Shown: in pieces, positions 8,062-18,393 of the stretch | How positions within the stretch are numbered: position 1 is the first letter of the stretch | Layout of the letters: every line of letters starts with the position of its first letter | NCBI GenBank assembly: GCA_038231155.1 | Contig: JBBRLY010000016.1 | Coordinates: forward strand, 103,864 to 167,863 | From: Candidatus Saccharimonadales bacterium | GTDB lineage: Bacteria; Patescibacteriota; Saccharimonadia; Saccharimonadales; JANWIN01 | DNA: 64,000 nucleotides | Direction: 5' to 3' | Notes under the pieces: generated by a model | Databases searched by the model: none | Told to the model about the DNA's origin: nothing | The model's input: the letters and a program-made list of their open reading frames with translations, nothing else | Position numbers and translations under genes: made by a program

Positions 8062-9936
8062 TTGGAGTTAACTAGAGTGTATAAAAAAATAAGATTGTTT
8101 TTTAGAAATTACCTGCAGTTTGGCTTAGTAATTATTACGGTTTTGGTTGGACTGCCATTGGAACTGTCAGGCTACCACAGTGCAGCTCACATAATTTTGG
8201 GCTTAAGTGCCTTAATTAACACCATTCCGTTAGTCTGGGATATGATTCAGGATCTACGAACTGGTAAGTATGGTGTCGATATTTTAGCGGCTACGGCCAT
8301 TATATCTTCTGTAATACTAGGTCAGTATTGGGCTGCCATTGTGATCGTATTTATGTTAACAGGCGGTGAAGCCTTGGAAGATTATGCCGAGCGCCGAGCC
8401 AAAACTGAATTGACTGCTTTACTTAACAGAGCCCCGACCAAAGCCCATTTAGTAAGAGGCCGTAAAACATTAGATGTACCGGTTAGCGATATCCGAGCCG
8501 GTGATAAAATTATTATAAAACCTGGTGAAGTTGTCCCGGTTGATGCAGTCATTTTGGAAGGTACAGCCAGTTTTGATGAATCTAGTTTAACTGGCGAGAG
8601 TTTACCCCAAGTTAAAAAACTAAGCGAAGAATTACTTAGTGGATCTGTTAATTTAGACGGTTTGATTACGGCTCGCTCCCTGCGCTCAGCAAAAGATAGT
8701 CAATTCGAACAGATTATTAAATTGGTTAGATCGGCAGCAGCTAGTAAGGCTCCGTTTGTACGCTTGGCTGACAGGTACAGCATACCTTTTACCATAATTG
8801 CCTTTACTATTGGCATTTCAGCTTGGGTTATTAGCGGACATTCGATTCGTTTTTTGGAAGTTTTAGTAGTGGCTACTCCCTGCCCTTTAATCTTAGCGGC
8901 ACCAATTGCTTTGATCTCAGGGATGAGCCGGGCAGCCAAACAAGGCATTATTATAAAAACTGGCTCCTCACTGGAGCAGTTAGCAGCTCTTAAAACCATC
9001 GGTTTTGATAAAACAGGTACTTTAACTAAAGGCCGCCCTGAAGTTGATACGGTTAAAGTTTTTGGAGGCTTTAGTTCTGAAGCTGTCTTGTCTTTAGCTG
9101 CTGGCTTAGAACAAAGTTCTAATCATGTGTTGGCTAAGGCAATTATCAATCAAGCTAAAGTAAAGAAAGTAAAAATTGCAAAAGCTAAGAAAGTTCGTGA
9201 GTTAGCCGGAAATGGTTTGATTGCTCATGTTAACGGCAAAGAAGTATTAATCGGTCGATTCGGTTTAATTGCTGACTACTCGGTGACTATGCCTAAGAAT
9301 TTCAGGTCCACTAAAATTCAGCAGACGTCAGCCTTTGTAGCGGTTGACGGTCAACTGGCCGGTATCATTACATTTAAAGATGAGGTTCGGGCCGAAAGTA
9401 AACGAACTTTACATCGATTGATGAAAATGGGTATTAAACATGTACTGATGGTTACTGGTGATAATAAAGCTAGTGCTCAGCAGATTGCCAGTGAACTTAG
9501 TATCAAAGAGGTCCACGCCGAACAGTTGCCTAGTGATAAATTACGGATTATTGAAAATATTAAGAATCGCCCAGTAGGTTTTGTCGGTGATGGCGTTAAT
9601 GACGCTCCAGTACTTGCAGCTGCCGAAGTCGGAATAGCTTTAGGGGCCCGCGGTTCAACGGCTGCCAGTGAATCAGCTGATGTAGTAATCATGTTAGACA
9701 ATATCGAGAAAGTAGCCGATAGTTTGGAAGTAGCCAAATATACCTTTTTTATAGCCAAACAATCTATTTGGATTGGAATTGCTATTAGTGTTGGATTAAT
9801 GTTTATCTTCGCAACCGGTAAGTTTTTACCACTTTATGGAGCGATTATTCAAGAACTAGTTGATGTGATAGTTATATTTAATGCACTGCGCGCCCATGGG
9901 CCCTGGCAGTTATCTCCTAGAAAAACTAACCCGTAA
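8062..9936 (+). CDS. heavy-metal-translocating P1B-type ATPase
   Basis: 624 aa. Contains TGES (LTGESLP), DKTGTLT, GDGVNDAP, and TM6 ATPCPL (TPC/PCP instead of CPC). No N-terminal CxxC metal-binding domain. Start is TTG at 8062 or GTG at 8077. Confidence 0.9.
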   Translation: MELTRVYKKIRLFFRNYLQFGLVIITVLVGLPLELSGYHSAAHIILGLSALINTIPLVWDMIQDLRTGKYGVDILAATAIISSVILGQYWAAIVIVFMLTGGEALEDYAERRAKTELTALLNRAPTKAHLVRGRKTLDVPVSDIRAGDKIIIKPGEVVPVDAVILEGTASFDESSLTGESLPQVKKLSEELLSGSVNLDGLITARSLRSAKDSQFEQIIKLVRSAAASKAPFVRLADRYSIPFTIIAFTIGISAWVISGHSIRFLEVLVVATPCPLILAAPIALISGMSRAAKQGIIIKTGSSLEQLAALKTIGFDKTGTLTKGRPEVDTVKVFGGFSSEAVLSLAAGLEQSSNHVLAKAIINQAKVKKVKIAKAKKVRELAGNGLIAHVNGKEVLIGRFGLIADYSVTMPKNFRSTKIQQTSAFVAVDGQLAGIITFKDEVRAESKRTLHRLMKMGIKHVLMVTGDNKASAQQIASELSIKEVHAEQLPSDKLRIIENIKNRPVGFVGDGVNDAPVLAAAEVGIALGARGSTAASESADVVIMLDNIEKVADSLEVAKYTFFIAKQSIWIGIAISVGLMFIFATGKFLPLYGAIIQELVDVIVIFNALRAHGPWQLSPRKTNP

Positions 9937-10576
9937 AACTCATTTGACTAAGGACAACTACTATCAAAAGTGGTACAAACAAGTTGTCTAAACCATAGAC
10001 AGCTATATTTTCAATCGCTGTAGCAGTTAACGGTAACAATAATATTGCTGTAAAGGTAACTATGTAGTAATTGGCACCGCCCAGTGTTATGACAGTAATC
10101 AAGATCAATAAAGACACTAGCCAAAAAGTTGCCGTGCCAACGACAGATTTAGTAAAGCCAAGTACTTTGTACTGGTGCTTCTTCCCATAATTACTCCCAA
10201 TAACCGCAGCTAGTCCATCAGCCAAGCTGAGATGTAAAATTGCCGCCAGAAATATCCATTTTGAACTTGTAATCGAACTAGCTAACAAAATACCAATCGC
10301 AAATAAAACATCACCCCATGTTTTACGATCAATTGCGTGAATTGATTTAAAAATATTTAAAGATCGAGAAGCTGTTACTACTACAAAAAAAGCTACAGCG
10401 ATCAGCTGTATTTGCCTAAAACTCATATAAAACGGCCAAAAAGCTACAAATGTGCCAACCGTTATGTGTATGAATTTACGGCCTAGTTCAGCCTTTAGTA
10501 TTTTAGCCCGCCAAAGGGCTTCACCAATTACTAACAATGCGAAGGCTGCCAAAACAGACAGTGCAGCATTAACCAT
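9926..10576 (-). CDS. polytopic membrane protein of the CTP-dependent dolichol/phytol kinase (CdsA-like cytidylyltransferase) family
   Basis: 216 aa with about 6-7 TM helices. Contains ADGLAAVIGSNYGKKH and KSVVGTATFW motifs resembling the dolichol kinase/CdsA C-terminal signature. Confidence 0.5.
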   Translation of the reverse strand: MVNAALSVLAAFALLVIGEALWRAKILKAELGRKFIHITVGTFVAFWPFYMSFRQIQLIAVAFFVVVTASRSLNIFKSIHAIDRKTWGDVLFAIGILLASSITSSKWIFLAAILHLSLADGLAAVIGSNYGKKHQYKVLGFTKSVVGTATFWLVSLLILITVITLGGANYYIVTFTAILLLPLTATAIENIAVYGLDNLFVPLLIVVVLSQMSFTG

Positions 10577-10750
10577 AAGAAGTATTGTACTACTTTTTCA
10601 ATAAATTGGTCGGGACTCTTGAATGATTCTTGAACTGTTCAAATAAATCTAGGAAAACCCATAGCAATCAGTTAAGCTTTTACAGAAGATAAAAAAGACT
10701 AGCCCTACCAAGGCACATCTTATACATGGTTTGATATTTTAACTTTAAGG

Positions 10751-11677
10751 CTAATTTACAACTTTGCCGTTAAAATACCAGTGGCCGTTTTGATACTGTT
10801 CGTAGTTACCATCGTGCCAAAATTGTGGGTCACCACAAGTCTTTTGTGCCTCACGAGCAACTGGCACTAATTCAGGAATTAGCCTGTCTGCAATACTTAT
10901 TCTATATGGCTGTCCATCAACTTTGGTCAGGACTATGCCCGTAGAAGATAACTCACCCCAGCCACCGTTAGCTGGGTCGCTTTTATCGGTTTGTTTTGTA
11001 TAGTAGAAGCCTTTTAGCTTACAGGTTTTTAGCAACTGTATCGCTTCATCTTTAGTTATTTCAGGCTTGGAATTATTTGTTGCGAATTGTTGTTGCTGTG
11101 TTTGAAATTTTTGCTGTGATTGCTGAGTGAGTTTATTTATGTGTTTTGGTAGAGCAACTCGGAATTGATAAACACTATACGCCCCGTATAGTGCAAGTAT
11201 GACTGATACAAGCAGAGATAAGATACTAAGGACCAAGCCCTTGCCGTGCGGCTTGTGCTTAGACATATAAATCGGTAGGCCCACAAGGTTAATAAAAGCT
11301 ATAAGTCCTACGCCTGGAACTAATGTTGCATATACAATTAAACCAATGAACTCAGTACCAGACACACCAGCTTTAGCTTGCTGAATTGCCCATGTCATTA
11401 CCATAAAGAATATTCCAACGCCAATGGCTTGTAGAATCCCCAACACAATAAAGAAGTAACGCCATTTTGACGGCCTTTGGTCAGTTATTTGCTCAAATTG
11501 ACTACTAGATATGGGTGTTATTGGTTGGTTAGGTTGTCCGTTCACAACGACTGTTGGTTGCGGTGATGGGTTTATTGGTGACACTCCATTAGACGATGGC
11601 TGGGCTAGTTGACCGTTAGAATCTGGACTAGGCGTAATTGTTGGCTGAGTGTCAGGCCGTGGATTGTCGTTTTGCAT
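10751..11677 (-). CDS. hypothetical membrane protein (P/Q-rich N-terminus, 4 TM, C-terminal soluble domain)
   Basis: Track ORF of 308 aa. Hydrophobic segments between aa 85 and 170. No catalytic motif recognised. Confidence 0.6.
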   Translation of the reverse strand: MQNDNPRPDTQPTITPSPDSNGQLAQPSSNGVSPINPSPQPTVVVNGQPNQPITPISSSQFEQITDQRPSKWRYFFIVLGILQAIGVGIFFMVMTWAIQQAKAGVSGTEFIGLIVYATLVPGVGLIAFINLVGLPIYMSKHKPHGKGLVLSILSLLVSVILALYGAYSVYQFRVALPKHINKLTQQSQQKFQTQQQQFATNNSKPEITKDEAIQLLKTCKLKGFYYTKQTDKSDPANGGWGELSSTGIVLTKVDGQPYRISIADRLIPELVPVAREAQKTCGDPQFWHDGNYEQYQNGHWYFNGKVVN

Positions 11678-11873
11678 ATCTGTTTTAAGTGTTACCTAAA
11701 TAATAAGTGTCTGTAGACTAAAAAGCAACAGCAGTACTCGATGGAACCATTAGAAAATTCTTTTCCCGATTCATGATTAAAGTATCAAGGGTTGGTAAAA
11801 ATCAGGGGGTTGAAAACACTCATAAATTAAACGAACCCTAGCAAGGAAACATAAAATCATATGATTTCGTAGA

Positions 11874-11950
11874 TGGTCGGGGTGAAAGGACTCGAACCTT
11901 CGACCTCCGCGTCCCAAACGCGGCGCGCTAGCCAACTGCGCCACACCCCG
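11874..11950 (-). tRNA. tRNA-Pro(TGG)
   Basis: 77 nt. Acceptor CGGGGTG/CACCCCG, anticodon stem CCGCG/CGCGG, loop TT-TGG-GA, T arm GAAGG-TTCGAGT-CCTTT, A73, encoded CCA. Confidence 0.9.
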
Positions 11951-11998
11951 AAGAGGCTTGAATAACAGAGAGATTATAGCGGATATATCCGTAAATAA

Positions 11999-12793
11999 CT
12001 AGGCAACAGTCTTTTGAATAAGCTCAATTTTTCGAGCTAGCCTGCTTTCGTCATCTGATTCAATAAGTACAGAATTGAATTGAAGCGGACCTTCAGCTTC
12101 TAATTCGTTTTTGGTAATTGCTCCATCTTTCCAACGTGGGATTACTGATTCAAACTTTACACCTAAGCTGGAGTGTAATATTCCGCACATGCCAACATCA
12201 GTAATATGAGCAGTGCCTTCAGGTAGCACCATAGAGTCAGCCGTTGGAGTATGCCAATGATCACCTACTACAGCGGTAACTTGACCATCCAGGTAATAGC
12301 CAAATATAACTTTTTCACTGCTGTAATCTCCATGAATATTAACAATTGTAGCCAGTCGTGGGTTATCTTTATTGACAAGTAAAATTTGATCGATAGTTTT
12401 AAGCGGATTATCAATTTCTACTTTAGTATGACCAAAAGTTTCACCTAAAATCGTAATTACAAGTACTGGCCCTTTTGGTGTTTGAAAAAACTTATAGCCA
12501 AGACCTGGGCAGGCTGGCATATTAGCCGGACCAATAACCGGCTGAAGAGGATCTTCAAGCAGGGGCTTTAATGCTTCCTTACTGGGTGTATGGTTACCGC
12601 CACTAAAAAAGTCGATACCTAGCTTTTGCAGTCGCTGCATATCCTCCGGTAACATTCCTTTGCCTTCGCTAACGTTTTCGCCTTGTGCAATTACTAAATC
12701 GATCTGTTTATCTTTTTTTAGATCTGGAAGTACATTATCAACTATTTTAATTCCTGGTTCTCCCATAATGTCACCGATATAAAGTATGTTCAT
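11999..12793 (-). CDS. ymdB: YmdB-family metallophosphoesterase (2',3'-cyclic-nucleotide phosphodiesterase-like)
   Basis: 264 aa. N-terminal MNILYIGDIMGEPG, GENVSEGKG, GGNH and GDHWH motifs. Lies in an rny neighbourhood, as in Firmicutes. Confidence 0.85.
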   Translation of the reverse strand: MNILYIGDIMGEPGIKIVDNVLPDLKKDKQIDLVIAQGENVSEGKGMLPEDMQRLQKLGIDFFSGGNHTPSKEALKPLLEDPLQPVIGPANMPACPGLGYKFFQTPKGPVLVITILGETFGHTKVEIDNPLKTIDQILLVNKDNPRLATIVNIHGDYSSEKVIFGYYLDGQVTAVVGDHWHTPTADSMVLPEGTAHITDVGMCGILHSSLGVKFESVIPRWKDGAITKNELEAEGPLQFNSVLIESDDESRLARKIELIQKTVA

Positions 12794-13389
12794 AATTTAA
12801 AGTTATTTTCTTGCATAATCAATTTGGTCGTATCTTTGACAATTTGTTCAGGTCTTAATGCCTTAATAACATGCATGCCCAATTCTAATGCTGGCGGTAA
12901 ACACTTGTCTTGGTCGTCTATAAATAATATATTCTCAGGCTTTAGGTTTAGTTTAGCTAAGGCAATCTCATAAAATTCTTTGTCTGGTTTAGCGAAATGT
13001 TCTTTACATGATAATAACAGCGGCTCAAATTCATTATAAAATCCTTTTAGTTTAAGTACTTTAGCAGTTTCGGGATAGATATTTGAAAGTATTCCAGTAT
13101 GAATATTTTTTTGGCGTAATCTCATAGCTAAGTCGTATACTGGCTGGCTCCGGTTAAAGATATCTGAACTAGCCATAAATTGCTCAGCTGTTACGTGGGT
13201 ATGGTGCTTTTTGCCAAAATCTTTAAAAAATTCGTCAGTAGAAATTAATCCACGGCGATAATCTTCATGGAGCTGATCTAAAATAACAGCATCTGGGTCA
13301 ACACCAAGCATAGCTGCAAGGGTGTTTTTAACATCTTGTCCGCCAGCGGACAACACACCACCAAAATCAAATAGTACAGCTTTAATCAT
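12790..13389 (-). CDS. HAD-superfamily hydrolase
   Basis: 199 aa. Motif I AVLFDFGGVL, motif II SN, motif IV FIDDQ. Overlaps its neighbours by 4 nt. Confidence 0.8.
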   Translation of the reverse strand: MIKAVLFDFGGVLSAGGQDVKNTLAAMLGVDPDAVILDQLHEDYRRGLISTDEFFKDFGKKHHTHVTAEQFMASSDIFNRSQPVYDLAMRLRQKNIHTGILSNIYPETAKVLKLKGFYNEFEPLLLSCKEHFAKPDKEFYEIALAKLNLKPENILFIDDQDKCLPPALELGMHVIKALRPEQIVKDTTKLIMQENNFKL

Positions 13390-14039
13390 CTGATATTTAA
13401 AATTTTAAGTACCTGCGGCTTAATATGTTCGAGCATCCATAAATGTCCATGATCGTTTGGATGTAAACCGTCTATCATCATCTTTACAAAGTTAGGTTCT
13501 TCACTAAAAGGTGCATGTATATCAATAAAGTTAGCTTGGTTCTTGGTCGCAACTTCTTTAATTACTTCGTTAAATTGCTGAATCCGATCGTTTTTATACC
13601 AAAGATTGTCGTAAATAGGATTGGTTTTTGTCTCATCAACTGGCGTAATGTTAATGCACAATATCTTATCGGTATATTTTTTTGCAAACGATATAAGACT
13701 TTGATAATTTTTAGAAAATTGATCTACATTTAAATGAGGAGAGGGATTGGTTGTCCCTTCTAAAGCACTATCATTAATTCCGATTGCAAAAACAAATACT
13801 ACTCCTTTAGCTCTTTGGGCAACTTTCCTAGCGATTGACTCAACTTCAATTCTTTTTAACACATCAGTTGTTAAATCACCGCTAATACCGAGGTTATATA
13901 ACCAATAGTACTCATCATTGTCTATATCTCCGGTAATGTTTCTTACCCAAAAGTATTGTCTTAATCGGTCAGCCCAACCACCCATGGAGTCTGATGATCC
14001 ATCAGTGATTGAATCACCGAATATTAGAATTTGAGCCAT
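13386..14039 (-). CDS. SGNH/GDSL-family hydrolase (lipase/esterase)
   Basis: 217 aa. Block I ILIFGDSITDG, block III GINDS, block V DGLHPN. Confidence 0.8.
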   Translation of the reverse strand: MAQILIFGDSITDGSSDSMGGWADRLRQYFWVRNITGDIDNDEYYWLYNLGISGDLTTDVLKRIEVESIARKVAQRAKGVVFVFAIGINDSALEGTTNPSPHLNVDQFSKNYQSLISFAKKYTDKILCINITPVDETKTNPIYDNLWYKNDRIQQFNEVIKEVATKNQANFIDIHAPFSEEPNFVKMMIDGLHPNDHGHLWMLEHIKPQVLKILNIR

Positions 14040-14050
14040 TTTCGTATAAC

Positions 14051-15565
14051 CTACTTGGCGAATTCTATAGCCCGAGTTTCACGAATTACATTAACCTTGA
14101 TAGTACCTGGATACTGCATAGTACTTTCAATTTTGACGGCAATATCGCGAGCTAACTTGATAGCGCTTAAGTCATCGATTTCTTTAGGCTGCACAAAAAT
14201 CCGAACTTCACGTCCAGCACTAATAGCATAAGATTTCTCTATGCCATCAAAGCTATTGGCCACGTTCTCTAGTTCTTTCATGCGTTCCACGAAATTCTCA
14301 GCACTAATGTTGCGTGCACCAGGGCGAGAAGCACTGACAGCATCAACCACCCGCACGATTAAGGCTTCAACAGTTGTAGCTTCCATATCATCATGGTGGG
14401 CTTCGGCGGCATGAGCTACGTCTTCTGGTACACCATACTTGCGTAAAATTTCACCACTAATATGATGATGTTTGCCTTCCATTTTATGAGTCAAAGCCTT
14501 GCCTAGATCATGTACCAATGCTGCGTATTTGGCAGTCTTAACATTGGCACCTAGTTCTTCGGCAATCATGCCAGCAATGTGAGCCATTTCGGTACTGTGT
14601 TTAAGTACGTTCTGGCCATAACTAGTACGGAATTTAAGTTCTCCGACATATTGTAATATTTCTTTAGGAATACCGATAATTCCAACTTCTCTAGCTGCAT
14701 CTTCAGCACTTCTAATAACATCTTTTTGAACGTTGGCTTGGGCTTTTTCTACAACTTCTTCAATGCGCCCCGGGTGAATCCGACCATCTTTCATGAGCAT
14801 TTCCATGGTCTGGCGGGCAACCTCACGTCGAACAGGGTCAAAGCTACTAAGTATTACCATGCCAGGTGTGTCGTCTACCATAATATCTACACCTGTAGCT
14901 CGTTGCAAAGCTTGAATATTGCGGCCTTCCTTACCAATAATCCGGCCTTTCATTTCCTCGTCTTCCAGTTTGACTGCCGTAACAGTACGTTCAGCAGTAA
15001 CCTCGCTGGCCATTCGTTCCATGGCCGTTGTGATAATCAAAGCGGCAGAATCTTCGGCATTTTCTTGGGCTTCATTTTGTAATTTAGTTACTAGGCCAGT
15101 TAAATCGCCTTTTATGTCGCGTTCGGTCATTTTCATCAGTTTGTCAGCGGCTTCTTCGCGAGAAAGTTTGGCGATTTTCTCTAACTTATCTTGTTGTTTT
15201 TTCCGGATATCCCGAATCTCATTTTTAAGACCTTCCAATTCGTCTTCACTTTTTCGTAAACCGTCTGAGCGTTTGTCTAAATCATCTAGTTTTTTATCAA
15301 TAGCTTCTTCTCGGCTTATAAGCCTTTGCTCCAATTCTTTTTGCGATTTGCGATGAGCTTGATCATCTTTGCGAGCTTGTTCGTCAATATCTGCGGCTTT
15401 TTCGCGGGCTTCACTAATTAATCTTTCGCCCTCTTTTTTAGACTTACTAAGTTCTTTTTTAGCGGCTTCTTCAGCTGAGCCCAATTTCTTTTTTGTTACA
15501 ACCGTGCTGGTACCAAAACCAATACCAATACCAACAATTGCCAATACAATGGTAATTGGATCCAT
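14051..15565 (-). CDS. rny: ribonuclease Y
   Basis: 504 aa. N-terminal TM helix, long K/E coiled coil, KH domain (GRIIGKEGRNIQAL), HD domain (LVHDLGK...HH). Confidence 0.95.
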   Translation of the reverse strand: MDPITIVLAIVGIGIGFGTSTVVTKKKLGSAEEAAKKELSKSKKEGERLISEAREKAADIDEQARKDDQAHRKSQKELEQRLISREEAIDKKLDDLDKRSDGLRKSEDELEGLKNEIRDIRKKQQDKLEKIAKLSREEAADKLMKMTERDIKGDLTGLVTKLQNEAQENAEDSAALIITTAMERMASEVTAERTVTAVKLEDEEMKGRIIGKEGRNIQALQRATGVDIMVDDTPGMVILSSFDPVRREVARQTMEMLMKDGRIHPGRIEEVVEKAQANVQKDVIRSAEDAAREVGIIGIPKEILQYVGELKFRTSYGQNVLKHSTEMAHIAGMIAEELGANVKTAKYAALVHDLGKALTHKMEGKHHHISGEILRKYGVPEDVAHAAEAHHDDMEATTVEALIVRVVDAVSASRPGARNISAENFVERMKELENVANSFDGIEKSYAISAGREVRIFVQPKEIDDLSAIKLARDIAVKIESTMQYPGTIKVNVIRETRAIEFAK

Positions 15566-15748
15566 AGCTTCTCCTTCTATAGCAGATTGAGATACCCGGC
15601 AGTCACTATCACTTCATTAGCCGCTTATCCAATCTGAAAATCTAATTGAATTTAAGTAATCGTACAACGGATTTTCTCCCAAAACTTGTAGAGTCAATCC
15701 TTAAGATAACTATACTACCTTTTTACAAATACGGTCAAACAGTAAAAA

Positions 15749-16141
15749 CTATTTCTTGGGCGAGGTAACTTTGGGCGAGGCGCCATACTTAGGTAGAACT
15801 ATATTGTCGTTTTTAGCCTTAACAAGTAGTTTAATGCCTTTATTTATCCAAGATTTTCCGGTTGTGCTAACTATTGGAATTTCTAGCCCATAAGCTAACG
15901 TATTGCCAACAGTTAGCCCAATTCTTAGACCGGTAAAACTACCAGGTCCTTGGTAACAAACAACGCCTTGAATTGCTTGCCAAGATAAATTTTGCGACTT
16001 AAGAATCTGTTCAATTTTTAGATGAATGGTCTCAGAAAGCTGGCGGTGAGCCTCCCATTTTTCGCAGTCAAGTTCATTATTTGAATCATACAAGCTTATT
16101 TCGGCTTGGGGGTTATCGGAACGAATAGTTAGAATAATCAT
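15749..16141 (-). CDS. tsaB: tRNA t6A biosynthesis protein TsaB, short form (N-terminal half only)
   Basis: 130 aa. Contains GPGSFTGLRIGLTVGNTLAYGLEIPIV. Overlaps tsaE by 4 nt. Confidence 0.7.
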   Translation of the reverse strand: MIILTIRSDNPQAEISLYDSNNELDCEKWEAHRQLSETIHLKIEQILKSQNLSWQAIQGVVCYQGPGSFTGLRIGLTVGNTLAYGLEIPIVSTTGKSWINKGIKLLVKAKNDNIVLPKYGASPKVTSPKK

Positions 16142-16605
16142 TTAAGACCTTTTAGTAAGTAGCTTAAAGTTTCGGGTGCTTTAAATATAAACTCCCGAGT
16201 GTTTGTTCCTGTTGATTTAATTCGAATGGTTAAGCGCCTGTGGGGCATAACACCTTTAACAATATCACCCCATTCGACTGCAATAACGGCGTCCGGTTTA
16301 TGTAATACTTCTTTCAGATCATGGCTTATATCACCCGGTTCTTTTAACCTATAAAAATCAAAATGATAAAGCGTTAGATCATTAGTATAATATTCGCGGC
16401 GGATGGTAAAGCTAGGGCTAGCGACGTTGTCTAAGCTACCAATGCCTTTAGCTAGACCACGAACAAAAGTAGTTTTACCGCCACCTAAATCGCTGACTAG
16501 CTCAATTACTTCACCGCCTTTAAGTATTTGACCAAGTTTCTCACCAAGTAGTTCTGTTTCGTTTGAACCGCCAGACTTAGTTTGCCATTTAACAAATATA
16601 CTCAT
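16138..16605 (-). CDS. tsaE: tRNA t6A biosynthesis ATPase TsaE
   Basis: 155 aa. Walker A GDLGGGKTTFVRG, SPSFTI, HFDFYRL, EW motifs. Confidence 0.85.
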   Translation of the reverse strand: MSIFVKWQTKSGGSNETELLGEKLGQILKGGEVIELVSDLGGGKTTFVRGLAKGIGSLDNVASPSFTIRREYYTNDLTLYHFDFYRLKEPGDISHDLKEVLHKPDAVIAVEWGDIVKGVMPHRRLTIRIKSTGTNTREFIFKAPETLSYLLKGLK

Positions 16606-16711
16606 ATATATTCATAGTAGCCGAAATTGATCTGTAGCTTCAAGTACACATCGAGTTTTATTTAGTTTTGCTTGGTAACATAGCATCATAAATTTAGTCA
16701 AATAAATGTAA

Positions 16712-17278
16712 ATGAGCGGCAATTGTTTAAGGTATACTATGGTCATGTTGCAATTGAGTGGGGCTCTAGTAAATAGGCCAGTTATGAGTCTGCGCACGGG
16801 CGGTCAAATTGCTATGACCGTGGCTGCCATAATTAATCCTAACAATTTAAAAATTGAAGGATTTTATTGCCAAGATAACCAAGATAAAAAGCGGCCACTT
16901 ATACTCCTATATCAAGATATACGCGATATTATTCCTAAAGGTATTGTGGTTAATGACCATGAAGTCTTGGCTGAACCAAATGACTTAGTGCGGATGAAAA
17001 AAATCATGGATATAAACTTTGAGTTGATTGGCAAGCCGGTAGTAACAACTGGTAAGGAGCGGCTTGGCAAAGTTAATGATTATGCTGCTGAAGTTTCGAC
17101 CATGTATATTCAAAAACTATATGTCGGGCAATCAATCTTAAAAAGTTTAACTAGTGGTAGCTTAAGTGTTGACCGTACTCAAATAGTTGAGATTACTAAT
17201 CGTAAAATCGTAATCCAAGAATTATTACGAGGGGCACCGGAAGGCGCTACAGCCGCAGTTCCTATATCACCAGCTTAA
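16712..17278 (+). CDS. PRC-barrel-domain-like protein (two repeats); start uncertain (16712, 16739 or 16745)
   Basis: 188 aa. Patterns LVNRPVMSLRTGGQIAMTVAAIINP and LIGKPVVTTGKERLGKVNDYAAEV resemble PRC barrels. Confidence 0.5.
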   Translation: MSGNCLRYTMVMLQLSGALVNRPVMSLRTGGQIAMTVAAIINPNNLKIEGFYCQDNQDKKRPLILLYQDIRDIIPKGIVVNDHEVLAEPNDLVRMKKIMDINFELIGKPVVTTGKERLGKVNDYAAEVSTMYIQKLYVGQSILKSLTSGSLSVDRTQIVEITNRKIVIQELLRGAPEGATAAVPISPA

Positions 17279-17880
17279 TAATCTTCACTTTTACTTTCAA
17301 GTGCTGACTTTACATCCTGATAATTGTAGCCTTGACGAACTAAATACTGCATCAACTTTATTTCATTCTTATATCGGCCACGTCTTTTTTCTATAAGCTG
17401 CCTTAGAGTCGATTCATCGGTAACTTCATCTTCTTCTAAAGCTTTATCAATGATAGAATTGTCTACTCGCTTTTGTCGGAGCTCCATAATTAGCCGCCGC
17501 TTACTAACAGGTTTTAGTAACCTACGGTTCTCAACCCATGCTTTAGTAAAAGATTCATCGTCAATAAATCCAAGCTTGGTTAGCTTTTTTATAATTTCAT
17601 TGGAAGTATTTTCTCCGTAGCCTTTACGTTTTAAATAAGTTTGGACTTCCCATATACTACGCGACCTAATGCTCATAAATCGCATCGTTCTATCCAAAGC
17701 TTTGTCCATAACCGCCAATTGATTGAACCTTTTAAGATCTTCAGAACTTAATTCTTGACCAATATTAAGCCCACTATTTAATAATTCGGATTCTCCTAAA
17801 CTAAAAACATACTTGTCATCAATATATACGGCATATCGATCCTGTCGTTTCACTTGCCTTTTGATATTGCTGATTTTCAT
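17275..17880 (-). CDS. recX: RecA regulator RecX
   Basis: 201 aa with repeated three-helix units (RSRSIWEVQTYLKRKGY..., IIKKLTKLGFIDDESF...). Located downstream of recA. Confidence 0.8.
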   Translation of the reverse strand: MKISNIKRQVKRQDRYAVYIDDKYVFSLGESELLNSGLNIGQELSSEDLKRFNQLAVMDKALDRTMRFMSIRSRSIWEVQTYLKRKGYGENTSNEIIKKLTKLGFIDDESFTKAWVENRRLLKPVSKRRLIMELRQKRVDNSIIDKALEEDEVTDESTLRQLIEKRRGRYKNEIKLMQYLVRQGYNYQDVKSALESKSEDY

Positions 17881-17882
17881 GG

Positions 17883-18392
17883 TTAATAATATCTGGAAAT
17901 TACATCAACAAGACCATCGGTCACTTGATCAGGACTTTCATTTATTAGTTTTTTCACATCTTTAATAGAAACCCAGCGAACTAATGTCACTTCATCATTT
18001 TTTACATTTTCATCTACATTATCTTTAACTAGGTGATATACACGATTAAATCGTTTTAGGATATTATTTTGATACTTTTGATCTGTAAAATATGTACCTA
18101 GCTCCTGGAGTTTATCTGTTTTTATTCCAATCTCTTCAAAAAGCTCCCGTTTGGCAGCTGTCAAATAATCTTCATTGGCATCGACATGACCGGCTGCAGA
18201 ATTATCCCAACAATTTGGCCATAATAGTTTTGCTGTTCGTTTCTGAAGCAATATCTTTTCCCCAGAGGTATCTTCTACCATAACCCGTACTATTCGATGA
18301 ATAAGTCCTCTTTTACGAGCCTTCTCAATAGTCTCGTTTCCTGTAGGCAGGTCATTAGCGTCAACAATTTGAATTAAATCAGTAACGCTCAC
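17883..18392 (-). CDS. NUDIX hydrolase
   Basis: 169 aa with Nudix box GHVDANEDYLTAAKRELFEEIGI. Confidence 0.85.
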   Translation of the reverse strand: MSVTDLIQIVDANDLPTGNETIEKARKRGLIHRIVRVMVEDTSGEKILLQKRTAKLLWPNCWDNSAAGHVDANEDYLTAAKRELFEEIGIKTDKLQELGTYFTDQKYQNNILKRFNRVYHLVKDNVDENVKNDEVTLVRWVSIKDVKKLINESPDQVTDGLVDVISRYY

Positions 18393-18393
18393 C

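Noticed and set aside
14726-15590. Three plus-strand ORFs (118, 145 and 73 aa) inside rny.
   Set aside because: They are antisense to an unambiguous RNase Y gene. The S/L/F-rich low-complexity translations are typical of shadows of K/E-rich coiled-coil coding sequence.
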